31,122 nucleotides of DNA from a virus. Its lineage: Duplodnaviria > Caudoviricetes. Location of the stretch: positions 1 through 31,122 of the IMG/VR virus record IMGVR_UViG_3300017649_000014. The stretch is one strand, 5' to 3'. The notes under the pieces are model-generated. The model worked only from the letters and a program-made list of their open reading frames with translations. It was not told the DNA's origin and ran no database searches. The first letter of the stretch is position 1; every line of letters begins with the position of its first letter. Shown piece by piece: positions 1-8,474 of the stretch. Made by a program: the position numbers and the translations under genes.

Positions 1-58
1 ATAGCGTGCCTGAGCCAGGACGCGATGGAAAGCCGCGTCCCTCCCGTTCGTCAGGCAC

Positions 59-83
59 AAAAAAACCGACCGGCGGGTCGGTT
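59..83 (-). terminator. Intrinsic terminator downstream of the tRNA-Cys 3' end
   Basis: Minus strand AACCGACC-CGCC-GGTCGGTT followed by a T run. Confidence 0.85.
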
Positions 84-91
84 CTTCTGGA

Positions 92-139
92 TGGAGGCCT
101 GGGTCGGAATTGAACCGGCGTACGCGGATTTGCAGTCCG
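92..139 (-). pseudogene. 3' fragment of tRNA-Cys(GCA); prophage att core
   Basis: Minus strand CGGA-CTGCAAA-TCCGC GTAC GCCGG-TTCAATT-CCGAC CCAGGCC T CCA. Anticodon arm, T arm and CCA are present; D arm and 5' acceptor strand are absent. Confidence 0.9.
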
Positions 140-286
140 GGTGTGAAATCAAGCAAAGACAAGGGTTTCTTCCGATTGGCGCTCCGCAAACACTGGCTTG
201 AAGATCGCCTGAAAGTCAAGCGTGGCAAGGGGTCAATCTTGATTGCGGAGCGGTCTGGAGGGGTGTCGAGGTAAGGCTCGACACCC

Positions 287-607
287 CTACCGCCGCCTCT
301 TCCGCCGCCTCGGGTACCGAGGTTCCGTTGGGCCGCTGGTGGCGAGGTGGGCGAAGTCCAGACTGGGCCGGTCGCAGCGCTCCCGAATCTCAGTCTCCCA
401 CTTTCTGGCCCACGCCGTCATGTACCGCAGGCAGGCATCCTCGTCAGGGCGGAACACGAAGCGAGGTGGCTTTCTGGGCGCCAGGCAGATGCGCCACGGC
501 GCGCCGGGCTCATCCCGCGCAGGGCACGCCGTCGCCACCACCTCATCGCCTACGCGCAGGCAGGGGCCGTCTACGTAGGGTTCGAATCGGAAGCCGTCGG
601 GGAGCAT
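287..607 (-). CDS. Hypothetical phage protein next to att
   Basis: 106-aa ORF co-oriented with the late operon and followed by a 12-bp hairpin. Confidence 0.65.
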   Translation of the reverse strand: MLPDGFRFEPYVDGPCLRVGDEVVATACPARDEPGAPWRICLAPRKPPRFVFRPDEDACLRYMTAWARKWETEIRERCDRPSLDFAHLATSGPTEPRYPRRRKRRR

Positions 608-661
608 GCGGGAAGGCTACGTCCGCGCCTTCCGGCCGGCTAGGTGAAAGCCTGAATGCCC

Positions 662-1372
662 CTAGGAATTCGGGAACGGCGCCGTGGCGACTGTGTAGGA
701 TGCGCCTGTGTACCGCGCCGCGCGGGTGAACCGCGTCTCATCGGCCCAGCCCCGGTAGCACTGAAGGATGGATGCGTTCTTGTCGCCGAACAGGCATGGA
801 CCGCTGGTGCTGCCCCACCCGTTCGTGAATCCCGTGGCGCTCTGGTCCAAGACGCCATCCACGTAGAACCGCAGGGTAGTGCCGTCCCAGGTGACTGCAA
901 TCTTCGTCAGCGTGTTTATGGGAATGCTGGTGCCGCCCCCGCCGTAGTCCACGCCCTGGGCACCGGCATAGAGAGTCAGCTTGTTTGCCGTGTTGATGTA
1001 GATGATGGGCCCGTTGGTGTTGGTGGCATTGTTGTTGCCATCCATCAGAACCTGCGTGGTGCCGGCCACGTCTCGGTACAACGTCGTTTCGAATGTCCAG
1101 TTGGACCCGGTACCACGGTAGACGTCACTGTTCGGGAACTGGAGTTTGTTTCCGGACGCCGCTGGGCTACGGATGGACGCGGTTCCGAATTCGAACCACG
1201 CCGTAGACGTGACGATGCCAGTGCCCGACCGCGTGGGCGCGACACCTGTCGGGCCGTTGTTCGTGAAGACGGTGCCGTTGTTGGCTCCGTCTCCGTGCAG
1301 CAGGTAGCCGACGCTCGCATAGAGCGGGTCGTACACCGCCGTTGCGGCAATGATGGCCTGCTGGACGCTCAC
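662..1372 (-). CDS. LamG/concanavalin A-like lectin domain virion protein
   Basis: LLHGDGANNG..FT N-terminus, WTFET, IAVTWDGTTLRFYVDG and DETRFTRAARY motifs; ATGA-coupled to the upstream gene. Confidence 0.85.
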   Translation of the reverse strand: MSVQQAIIAATAVYDPLYASVGYLLHGDGANNGTVFTNNGPTGVAPTRSGTGIVTSTAWFEFGTASIRSPAASGNKLQFPNSDVYRGTGSNWTFETTLYRDVAGTTQVLMDGNNNATNTNGPIIYINTANKLTLYAGAQGVDYGGGGTSIPINTLTKIAVTWDGTTLRFYVDGVLDQSATGFTNGWGSTSGPCLFGDKNASILQCYRGWADETRFTRAARYTGASYTVATAPFPNS

Positions 1373-1938
1373 GTCAGGTTGACCCCGGAAATGACCCAGC
1401 GCGTAGCGGCGACCTTGATTGCGGTGGCTATTCCGTTGGCTGCGAGGGTTCGGCTCCCTGTGCTTCCCGTCCCCATCTGGACAAGCGTGTCGCTGGTGAT
1501 GGCGATGGTGATGACTCCGGCGCTGGTGTCGTTGACGAACGTCACCGCCGTGCCGATGGGGAATGCAACCGTCGCATTTGCGGGAATGGTCCAGATGCGT
1601 GCCGTGGTGTCGGCGGACGGGTGATAGATGTGCTTGCCCGCATCGGACAGGACCAGCGAATAGGGGGCTGACTGGCTGTTCTGCGGGATGGAACGAACCT
1701 CAGCAATCGTCGCGCCGCCATCTTCAATCAGCTTGCCGGTGGTTCCGTCAAACGTGGCGATGTTTCCATCGACCGCGCTGGCGGGCCCAACTACGTCTCC
1801 GGTAGATGCGGGCACCAGGTCGGCGATGTCCTGGGCGGTCATTTGTACGTCCGTGCCGCCCTGAAGCCCCGGGATAACCTCTGTTCCCGTCAAAGGGGTC
1901 GTTGCCGCTGGGTTGTCAGAAAACCGGCGAAGCGCCAT
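1369..1938 (-). CDS. Virion tail/fibre-associated protein
   Basis: GPASAVDGNIATFDGTTGKLI and YSLVLSDAGK..TIPANATVAFPIGT motifs typical of fibre proteins. Confidence 0.75.
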   Translation of the reverse strand: MALRRFSDNPAATTPLTGTEVIPGLQGGTDVQMTAQDIADLVPASTGDVVGPASAVDGNIATFDGTTGKLIEDGGATIAEVRSIPQNSQSAPYSLVLSDAGKHIYHPSADTTARIWTIPANATVAFPIGTAVTFVNDTSAGVITIAITSDTLVQMGTGSTGSRTLAANGIATAIKVAATRWVISGVNLT

Positions 1939-2480
1939 CAGAGAACTCCGATATAGAGGTCGGCGTAGTCCTCCGTGCAGTACGGCTCGCCGTCCGAGGT
2001 GATGTAGTTGAAGACTTGCGGCTGCGCGGGTGTCCCCGGCTCAAACTTGCCCGTGCCCGCGTTCCAGATGAGGGTGTCGCCGTTAGCTAGGCCGGCCAAG
2101 TCAACATCGTTGAGCGACGACAGAAGGCGCTCGAACCAGCCCTTCGTTCCCGCTGCATCGGTGCCGTAATAGAAGCCTTCGGCGGGAGCCGTCTCGTCGT
2201 TGACGAGCAGGAGGGTGACCGCGCCGCTGGAAAGGCTGCCCTGTACGCGCACGGAGGCGGGGCCGACAATGCCAGCCGTCAAGGCCTCTCGGATGCGCTC
2301 GATTTCGGCCAGGATGTCGTCAATCTCGTCTTGCTGGTCCGACGAGGTATTGAGGTTGGCGGCCAGCCGATTGAGGAAGTCGTACCACTGGAGCGTCGGG
2401 CGGAATGAGCCGCGCTGCCCAGGCGGACCCGGCTCCACCATCGCCGCAAGGGCTTCGGGGATTGTCTCCCTGCCAGCCAT
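1938..2480 (-). CDS. Virion tail protein (needle/adaptor-like)
   Basis: ATG coupled to the upstream stop; PTLQWYDF motif, short coiled coil, LSSLNDVD..GDTLIWN fibre motif. Confidence 0.7.
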   Translation of the reverse strand: MAGRETIPEALAAMVEPGPPGQRGSFRPTLQWYDFLNRLAANLNTSSDQQDEIDDILAEIERIREALTAGIVGPASVRVQGSLSSGAVTLLLVNDETAPAEGFYYGTDAAGTKGWFERLLSSLNDVDLAGLANGDTLIWNAGTGKFEPGTPAQPQVFNYITSDGEPYCTEDYADLYIGVL

Positions 2481-3292
2481 CAGGTCACCGTCTTGGTGCC
2501 GATGGCAATCCACAGGAACGGAACGTCATTGACGACGCCCGAACCGCTGGAGTTGCCCTCGGCCACATCAAACCCAAAGCTGGCAGTGGTTATGCCTGCC
2601 GCAGACGTTCCGTATGGCACGACGGGGCCGCCCGGCTGGGAGTTGGTCGTCGGGAATGCAATCGCGCCCCAGCACACGGTGAAGGCCTCTGGATAGGTCA
2701 CCGTCTTGGTGGTGGCCGTGTTGCCGGGTGCGGCGGGAGCGGTGTCCGTCCCCACCTGAATCAGGAACTTGGTCGTATCCGTGGACACGCCAGCCCGGAA
2801 CGACTTGTTGGTCTGGCTGACCACAATCTCCGGGTCAGGCACATCCACATCGAACGGCGTGGCCGTCCACGCCCCATCCACCACCAGCGGGAAGTAGTTG
2901 TTCAACCCAGTCGGGTCCGGGAGCAGGAGCTGGGCAATCTGTTGCCACAGGAGGTTCGACCCGTCATTGGTCAGGAACGCCCCATTGACCAAGGCCGGGA
3001 TGGTCGAATTGGCCGGAGTGTCTGGCTGGATGTTGTTGAACGTCCGGTAGACCACTTGGTCCGCATCGGCCAGCTCCACGCCGAACGCGCCGTCGCCCCA
3101 TACGTCATTGGCCGGATACCCCTCTGCCGTCAGTTGCAACGGGTTCGGGTTCGGGACGGTTAGGTCCGGGTCCGAATACGTCGTCTTCGGGGTCGTCAGG
3201 TCCGTCTCGTAGAAGTACAGCCAGCCCCCATCGTTGACCCGGCCGTCCGGCAATAGGTACTGGGGGAACTGGCCCAGAGGGCGGTAGCTCAT
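2480..3292 (-). CDS. Tail fibre/tailspike with podovirus head-binding-like N-terminus
   Basis: GGWLYFYETDLTTPKTTYSD..PNPNPLQL N-terminus; LIQVG..VTYPEAF..WIAIG fibre-tip C-terminus. Confidence 0.8.
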   Translation of the reverse strand: MSYRPLGQFPQYLLPDGRVNDGGWLYFYETDLTTPKTTYSDPDLTVPNPNPLQLTAEGYPANDVWGDGAFGVELADADQVVYRTFNNIQPDTPANSTIPALVNGAFLTNDGSNLLWQQIAQLLLPDPTGLNNYFPLVVDGAWTATPFDVDVPDPEIVVSQTNKSFRAGVSTDTTKFLIQVGTDTAPAAPGNTATTKTVTYPEAFTVCWGAIAFPTTNSQPGGPVVPYGTSAAGITTASFGFDVAEGNSSGSGVVNDVPFLWIAIGTKTVT

Positions 3293-3308
3293 TCAGGTTG
3301 CTCCAACG

Positions 3309-3331
3309 AAAAACCCCGCCGGAGCGGGGTT
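3309..3331 (-). terminator. Intrinsic terminator between ejection and tail genes
   Basis: AACCCCGC-TCCG-GCGGGGTT followed by TTT. Confidence 0.8.
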
Positions 3332-3378
3332 GGGGATGGGGTGTGGTAGGGTTGTCGGGTCACGTACCGGGGTAGCCC

Positions 3379-3531
3379 ATGAACCTTCCTAAAGACTGGT
3401 CAAAGAAGCCGGATTGGCTTGATCGCGCCGCTGAACCGCCAAGAGGATTAGGGGCCGCCATCGGGTTCGGCATAGCCCTAATTGCCCTGGCTGGCAGCGT
3501 CATTGCGTTGGCGGTCCATTTGTTCCTGTGA
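3379..3531 (+). CDS. Small single-TM membrane protein antisense to the late operon (not in the ORF track)
   Basis: MNLPKDWSKKPDWLDRAAEPPRGLGAAIGFGIALIALAGSVIALAVHLFL; GGGG SD-like site and TGgTAGGGT extended -10-like site upstream. Confidence 0.6.
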   Translation: MNLPKDWSKKPDWLDRAAEPPRGLGAAIGFGIALIALAGSVIALAVHLFL

Positions 3532-5616
3532 AAGCAGGTCTGCGATTTCAATCAGGTCCTGGTCGTTCTGCCTCTCGCCAATTTGGCGCAGGACCTGGAT
3601 TTGCGCCGTCGCCGAGCCGACCGGCACAGCGGTTGATTTCGCCAGCCAAGAAACGAAGTCTGGATCGGTAAGCTTCCTAGCCATGTAATTTGCTGCCGCG
3701 CCACCTCCAACCAGCGATCCAGTGCTGACGAAGCTGGGATCGAACATGGAGGCAACCAAGGACGCGCCATAGGTCCACGCCGCCGCCTTGTTCGCCGTTC
3801 CAGAAGGATTCTGGAACACCTTTGCGCCATCCTTGATGTTCTGGCTGACACGGGCGATGCGGTCCATGTCTTTGCTGAACCCAGGGCCATAGCGGTCGAA
3901 CAGGGCGCGCTTTGCTTCTGGGCTCACGCGGTTCCAGTTGGTCAGGAAGGTGGCTGCGCTGAACACGTCCCCCGCCGCATCCTGATTTCCTGGCGTTGCC
4001 ATTCCCATGCGTTTCAGGACGGCAGCGCTGACGGCCTTCTGACCCTCCGGCGGGAGTGAGCGCATGACGGCGCGGAGCGTCGTGCCTCCATCTCTGGTCC
4101 CCGCCATTGCGGCTTCATAGACCCGCTCTGGGCCACCGTTCTTGTCAATTACGCGCTGGACCTGCTCAAGTCGGTTTGCTACAGCTCGGGTGTAGTTGTT
4201 GGCCCGCTTAGCGGCGCGCATGGCTTCTGGGCCAGCGGCGCGAGCTGCCGCTTCCATGTCCTTAGAGAGCGCGCCGTAAAGCTGTTTCAACTCTCTCGTT
4301 GGCGTATCCGGCGACAGCGAATAATCCGAAATGGCCTCGCCAATATCCGTGCGAATCCGCTTGACCGCTTCGTACGGTATCTGTCCGCCGCCGGCTGCAA
4401 TGTCCTGCGCCAGCGTTTCCCTAAGCTGGGAGATCCTTGGATTGATGAGAGCGCCAGTCGTGGCCGTTGCGCCAGGTGATGGCGTGGTTAGTTGTGCCAC
4501 CTTCTGCCAAGTATTGGCTAGGGGAACCTGAGTTGCTCCTGGAATATGCCGGTCGGCATCCCAGTAGAGCGCGCGCTTTGTCGCATTGGCGTTCTTGCCG
4601 AACAATTCGACGCCACGCTCAATTGCCCTGCCCGCGCGTTCAGCGCTGGCGTTCCGGCTCAGATTGTTCGCAGCGGATTGCAGCCCTTCGCCGATACTGC
4701 GCGCTTGGCGCTCGGCGAAATTGCCCATCACACCTGCACTGGTCGGGCCGCCGGCAAGCAGGTTTTCGGCTCCTTGAATCAGACGGTTTCCGGATGCTTG
4801 GCCGACCGTTGGGGTCGCGCCCAGCGAGGCGAAGTCCTGGATGGTCTGCTCCATGTTGGCACCGGATCGGCCACGAGCAAGTCCGCGCAGGGTTGCGCCG
4901 GTTGCCGCGCCAGCGGCACCAGGAGCCAGTCCGCCCAGTACTCCAGCGGCGAGTTGAGCCCCTTCCCCGCCGCCAGCCTCGCGCGTCGCTCCTGCCGCAC
5001 CACTACCGGCCGCCGTACTTGCCACCTGTAGCCCTGGCTGCGCCTTGAGGAAGGTTCCAACGCGATTTGCAATGGATGGTGCTGCGGTGCCAGCTTGGGA
5101 GCCTAGATTTGCCAGAGCGCCGCCCAGGCCCATCGTCAGGGCCGTTCCGGTCAGACCCTCGCCAATGTCAGCGACAATGCGCTCCGATGCCGTCTCGGGA
5201 CGACGCATCCCCCACTCGTCCGCTTGCTCGGCTGCGGCCTGACGATAGGTGCGGTCGCCGATGCCAAGCTGATTCCCCCAGCCTAGGGCGCGGTCAATCG
5301 GGGACAGCACGTATTGATTCAGGGCGTCTCCGCCAAGGGCGCCGTACAGGCCATAGGCGCCCTGTAGCACCTCGCGCCCGCCAATGTCGCCAAGGAAGCG
5401 GCCAACCGCGTTTCCTTCCTGGACTGGGGATTGGGCACTGAGGGTGCCAGCGAAGTCCGTTGGATTGGCCGGGCTACCAGACGGAATCCTGCGACCGCCA
5501 ACAATTGAGATTTCCAGTCCCGGACCTTCGTCAACGATTTCGTCAGCCTCCCACGGGCGGTCAGCAGTGGGGGCTGCTTGCACAATCTCGTCGGAGTCCC
5601 AAGGGTTCGGCATCAC
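3478..5616 (-). CDS. DNA ejection protein (P22 gp16 position)
   Basis: 712 aa, Ala/Gly-rich and helical with hydrophobic Gly stretches; third gene of the ejection trio. Confidence 0.75.
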   Translation of the reverse strand: MMPNPWDSDEIVQAAPTADRPWEADEIVDEGPGLEISIVGGRRIPSGSPANPTDFAGTLSAQSPVQEGNAVGRFLGDIGGREVLQGAYGLYGALGGDALNQYVLSPIDRALGWGNQLGIGDRTYRQAAAEQADEWGMRRPETASERIVADIGEGLTGTALTMGLGGALANLGSQAGTAAPSIANRVGTFLKAQPGLQVASTAAGSGAAGATREAGGGEGAQLAAGVLGGLAPGAAGAATGATLRGLARGRSGANMEQTIQDFASLGATPTVGQASGNRLIQGAENLLAGGPTSAGVMGNFAERQARSIGEGLQSAANNLSRNASAERAGRAIERGVELFGKNANATKRALYWDADRHIPGATQVPLANTWQKVAQLTTPSPGATATTGALINPRISQLRETLAQDIAAGGGQIPYEAVKRIRTDIGEAISDYSLSPDTPTRELKQLYGALSKDMEAAARAAGPEAMRAAKRANNYTRAVANRLEQVQRVIDKNGGPERVYEAAMAGTRDGGTTLRAVMRSLPPEGQKAVSAAVLKRMGMATPGNQDAAGDVFSAATFLTNWNRVSPEAKRALFDRYGPGFSKDMDRIARVSQNIKDGAKVFQNPSGTANKAAAWTYGASLVASMFDPSFVSTGSLVGGGAAANYMARKLTDPDFVSWLAKSTAVPVGSATAQIQVLRQIGERQNDQDLIEIADLLSQEQMDRQRNDAASQGN

Positions 5617-7118
5617 TTCTTCCTACGGGTGGTGCCGTCTGGCGCGATATAGAGCGCGCCGGCCGGCAGGCTGTTGTAGTCGCTCGCGTTCTGGATTCGG
5701 CGCGGCTGAGAAGAGGGCGCCGGAGGCTTTCCACCGGAATCACGGTATTTGGTGGCAAGCGACCGCATGGTTCCCATTGCGGCAAGTCGGGTTGCCGCAG
5801 GCAGGTTCGGATTCGCCAGGTCGCCAGCCGCCTTCTGGTAGAGCAGTCGGTCCGCATCGGACTGCGGACCTTCCATGCGCGGCACGGCGAGAGTCAGCTT
5901 GGCGGCAATGGGATTGAGCGCTGCGATTGCCTGAGCTCCAGCCGTGGACTTGCCGAAAGTCGCCATGATTTCGTCCCATGCGGCTCCGGCCCGGCTTCCG
6001 GTGGACTGGCGAACCAACTGCTCAGCCTCATCCAGCAGTCCAATGGTGGTCGCGGCATCTACGTACTTCTTCTGCTCGGCAGACGCCAAGTCGGCCTCAC
6101 GCTTGATGCGGGCCTCCTCCTCTGCCTTGCGAACCGCCTCATTCACGGCAGCATCCGTTCGCAGATTCAGCTCCGCAGGGAGCGCATCGAGTTTTGCTTG
6201 CTCGGTCGCCTGCGTAGTAAGGGCGGCTTGTTCCTCGGGAGATCTGCCGACCGCCAGACCTGCCGCAGGCGTCGTTACCTGGGCCACCCCAGCCGCGCTA
6301 TTCATTACCTGCTCCTGTGCGAGCTGGGCGGCGCGAATCTGTTCTGGCGTGAACCCCGCTTGCTGAAGCTGCTGCGTGAAAGCCTGCATCTGTCGGACAA
6401 ACTGCTCATCCTCTGCCTGCGTCGTCGGGCGACCCGGCGCCGTAGCGGGCGCCGCTTGAGGTGCGCCGCCAAGGGGAACCCACTGGCCGCCATCGAACAC
6501 CACGTAGCTTTGCGTGGCTGGGTCGTACTGGTACGGACGCTCGCGACCATCCGCGCCGGTAATGGTGCCGACTTTCGGGGCTCCGGTGACCGCGCGCGGG
6601 TCAAGTCCGAGGTTGACGCGCCGCGCCTTCATTACGTCGTCAGGCGACAATCCCGCCGTCATTGCGTTGAAGGTTTTGAGCTCCGGAGTCGCCAATGAGT
6701 TGCCGGCCTGCGCCATCTTGACCCGTTGCTCAATCTGCTCGAAGGCAGGGAGCATGGAGTCGTCCCATTGCGGCGGGACCGGACGGCCGCCCGACATTTC
6801 CTGCAAGAACGGGGTGATGGTCTGGTGGGCGCGCTGGACCAGCTCGGGCTTTCCGGAGTCTAGGGCTTGCCGCATGATTCCGATGACATTTCCAAGGCGG
6901 CGGTACTGTCTATCGCTTGCGTCCTGGAGCTCTGTCGCAGCCTCGGGATTGATAGCGGCGGCCTCATTGAAGGCAGCGGCATCTCCCTGCAATACGCGGG
7001 GCGCCAGGTTCTTGAGCTGGCTGCGCTCGGACTCGATTCGCCGCTGCTCCTTCTGAGCAGTTCCGAATTGAAAGCCGCGCTGGAAGTTGCCAACGACATC
7101 AACAGGATTAACGAGCAT
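5613..7118 (-). CDS. DNA ejection protein (gp20 position)
   Basis: Ala/Gln-rich; C-terminal DYNSLPAGALYIAPDG motif; TGATG-coupled start. Confidence 0.75.
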   Translation of the reverse strand: MLVNPVDVVGNFQRGFQFGTAQKEQRRIESERSQLKNLAPRVLQGDAAAFNEAAAINPEAATELQDASDRQYRRLGNVIGIMRQALDSGKPELVQRAHQTITPFLQEMSGGRPVPPQWDDSMLPAFEQIEQRVKMAQAGNSLATPELKTFNAMTAGLSPDDVMKARRVNLGLDPRAVTGAPKVGTITGADGRERPYQYDPATQSYVVFDGGQWVPLGGAPQAAPATAPGRPTTQAEDEQFVRQMQAFTQQLQQAGFTPEQIRAAQLAQEQVMNSAAGVAQVTTPAAGLAVGRSPEEQAALTTQATEQAKLDALPAELNLRTDAAVNEAVRKAEEEARIKREADLASAEQKKYVDAATTIGLLDEAEQLVRQSTGSRAGAAWDEIMATFGKSTAGAQAIAALNPIAAKLTLAVPRMEGPQSDADRLLYQKAAGDLANPNLPAATRLAAMGTMRSLATKYRDSGGKPPAPSSQPRRIQNASDYNSLPAGALYIAPDGTTRRKK

Positions 7119-7789
7119 CAGGCACCCCACCCACGGAAGTTGTCCAGGTTGTTACCGAAGTTGTTGATGGAGCCCTGTCCATTCGTCCATTGCGGGGCGT
7201 TATTCCTATTGCCCATGTACTGACCGAACAGTCCCGCCAGATTGCCAACCGTTCCGCCCCAGATGTTCGATTGGTTCTGGATAGCCGAGGAGCGAATATC
7301 CCCGATGTTCCCCATCGCTGTCTGATAGGCGCTTGCGTAGTTCTGCCCAAGGCCGCCAAGATTTTGAGAGGCGGTCTGACCCACGTTGGCAAGACCCGCA
7401 TTGCGGTTCCACCAGTTACCGAAGTTCTGCGTAGCAAGGCCTTGTCCGAACCTAGCCAGGTCGGCCGATTGGCCGCCGCCCCAGAAGTTCCCCGGCTGTC
7501 CGCGCTGCACCGCCTTCAGTCCCTGGTCGTAGGCGAACTGATAGTCCGGCGAGTTGTAGAAGTTTGAATAGTCGCCAGCCATCGCCTGGTTCATGCGGTC
7601 CAGGGCGCCGCGCCCGGCATCCAGCCACGGGAGCATGTCCTGCCGGGACTGGTCGTACTGGCGGCGCTGCTCGTCAATGGCCGCCATCTGGGCACCCTGA
7701 CCCGACTTTGCGGCGTCTTTGGAGCCCTTGTTCCCCAGGTAACCGGACACCAACGTGGCACCCGCCACGGCTACATAACCCCAACTCAT
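7118..7789 (-). CDS. DNA transfer/pilot protein (gp7-like)
   Basis: Hydrophobic N-terminus; QRRQYDQ..PWLDAG..SPDYQF motifs; Gly/Asn/Gln-rich. Confidence 0.8.
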   Translation of the reverse strand: MSWGYVAVAGATLVSGYLGNKGSKDAAKSGQGAQMAAIDEQRRQYDQSRQDMLPWLDAGRGALDRMNQAMAGDYSNFYNSPDYQFAYDQGLKAVQRGQPGNFWGGGQSADLARFGQGLATQNFGNWWNRNAGLANVGQTASQNLGGLGQNYASAYQTAMGNIGDIRSSAIQNQSNIWGGTVGNLAGLFGQYMGNRNNAPQWTNGQGSINNFGNNLDNFRGWGA

Positions 7790-8244
7790 TCGGGCGCCTC
7801 CAATAGTTCAATCTCAGGGACAATCAGGAAGGCCTCCAGCTTGTCCAGGTCGGTTTCATTGCTTGCATGGCAAGTCGCGAACACGCAGTCGGTGTGCGTG
7901 TAAAGAACGCGCTTTGCGCCTGGCTTCGAGGTCCAGATGCGGGGAGCCTCGATGGTTTCCGCGTCCTCCCCGGCCCCGACATCGCGGATGGTCACCCGCC
8001 CCTTCAAGAGAAAGACGGGATGCTCATGGCGGTGGGTCTTGCCGATGACAAACGTATCGGCCGGAATCGCAAGCTCGCGTGTGTATAGCCCATCCGTGAA
8101 TCGGTGAACTGGCGTCAACTCGACCTGCGGAAGTTGGCGAAGGTCTTCCTGGGCAATCCTCACTGCCTTGGCTATATCCTGCGAACGGGCATGCGCCAGC
8201 ATCGACTCTTCATAGCGAGCCGCGCATTCGGGGTCTTTGAGCAT
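7786..8244 (-). CDS. Cupin-like phage protein
   Basis: HRFTDGLYTREL..GKTHRHEH..PGAKR motifs; AGGAG SD before ATG at 8244. Confidence 0.75.
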   Translation of the reverse strand: MLKDPECAARYEESMLAHARSQDIAKAVRIAQEDLRQLPQVELTPVHRFTDGLYTRELAIPADTFVIGKTHRHEHPVFLLKGRVTIRDVGAGEDAETIEAPRIWTSKPGAKRVLYTHTDCVFATCHASNETDLDKLEAFLIVPEIELLEAPE

Positions 8245-8252
8245 TTTGGCTC

Positions 8253-8474
8253 CTAGCCTGTAGTGCCTTGCATCACCGTCACAGCCCCGAGAATGTCTCG
8301 CTTGCGGGGGCTGGAGATTCGAAACTTGTAGACGCGCTGATAGGTGCTTCCCAAGCGCGTCCAAACGACTTTCTGGCAGTAGTGCCCCAACTCGCCGATG
8401 GGCATAGCCTGCCAGTCGGACCAGTTGTGGCCGCCGTCGTCGGAGTAGGACATGCGGACGTATTGGTCACTCAT
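8253..8474 (-). CDS. Separately encoded C-terminal segment of the gp10-like DNA stabilisation protein
   Basis: VRMSYSDDGGHNWS..IGELGHY..VVWTRLG..RVYKFRISSP resembles the gp10-family C-terminus; own CAGGAG SD; ATGAGTGA overlap. Confidence 0.8.
   Translation of the reverse strand: MSDQYVRMSYSDDGGHNWSDWQAMPIGELGHYCQKVVWTRLGSTYQRVYKFRISSPRKRDILGAVTVMQGTTG

Noticed and set aside
92-165. Intact tRNA-Cys gene
   Set aside because: No D arm or 5' acceptor strand beyond position 139; it is an att remnant
662-3292. Diversity-generating retroelement or invertible tail cassette
   Set aside because: No reverse transcriptase, invertase or TR/VR repeat pair seen in the window
5460-6698. 412-aa + strand ORF
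   Set aside because: Antisense shadow of the ejection gene with no recognisable motifs
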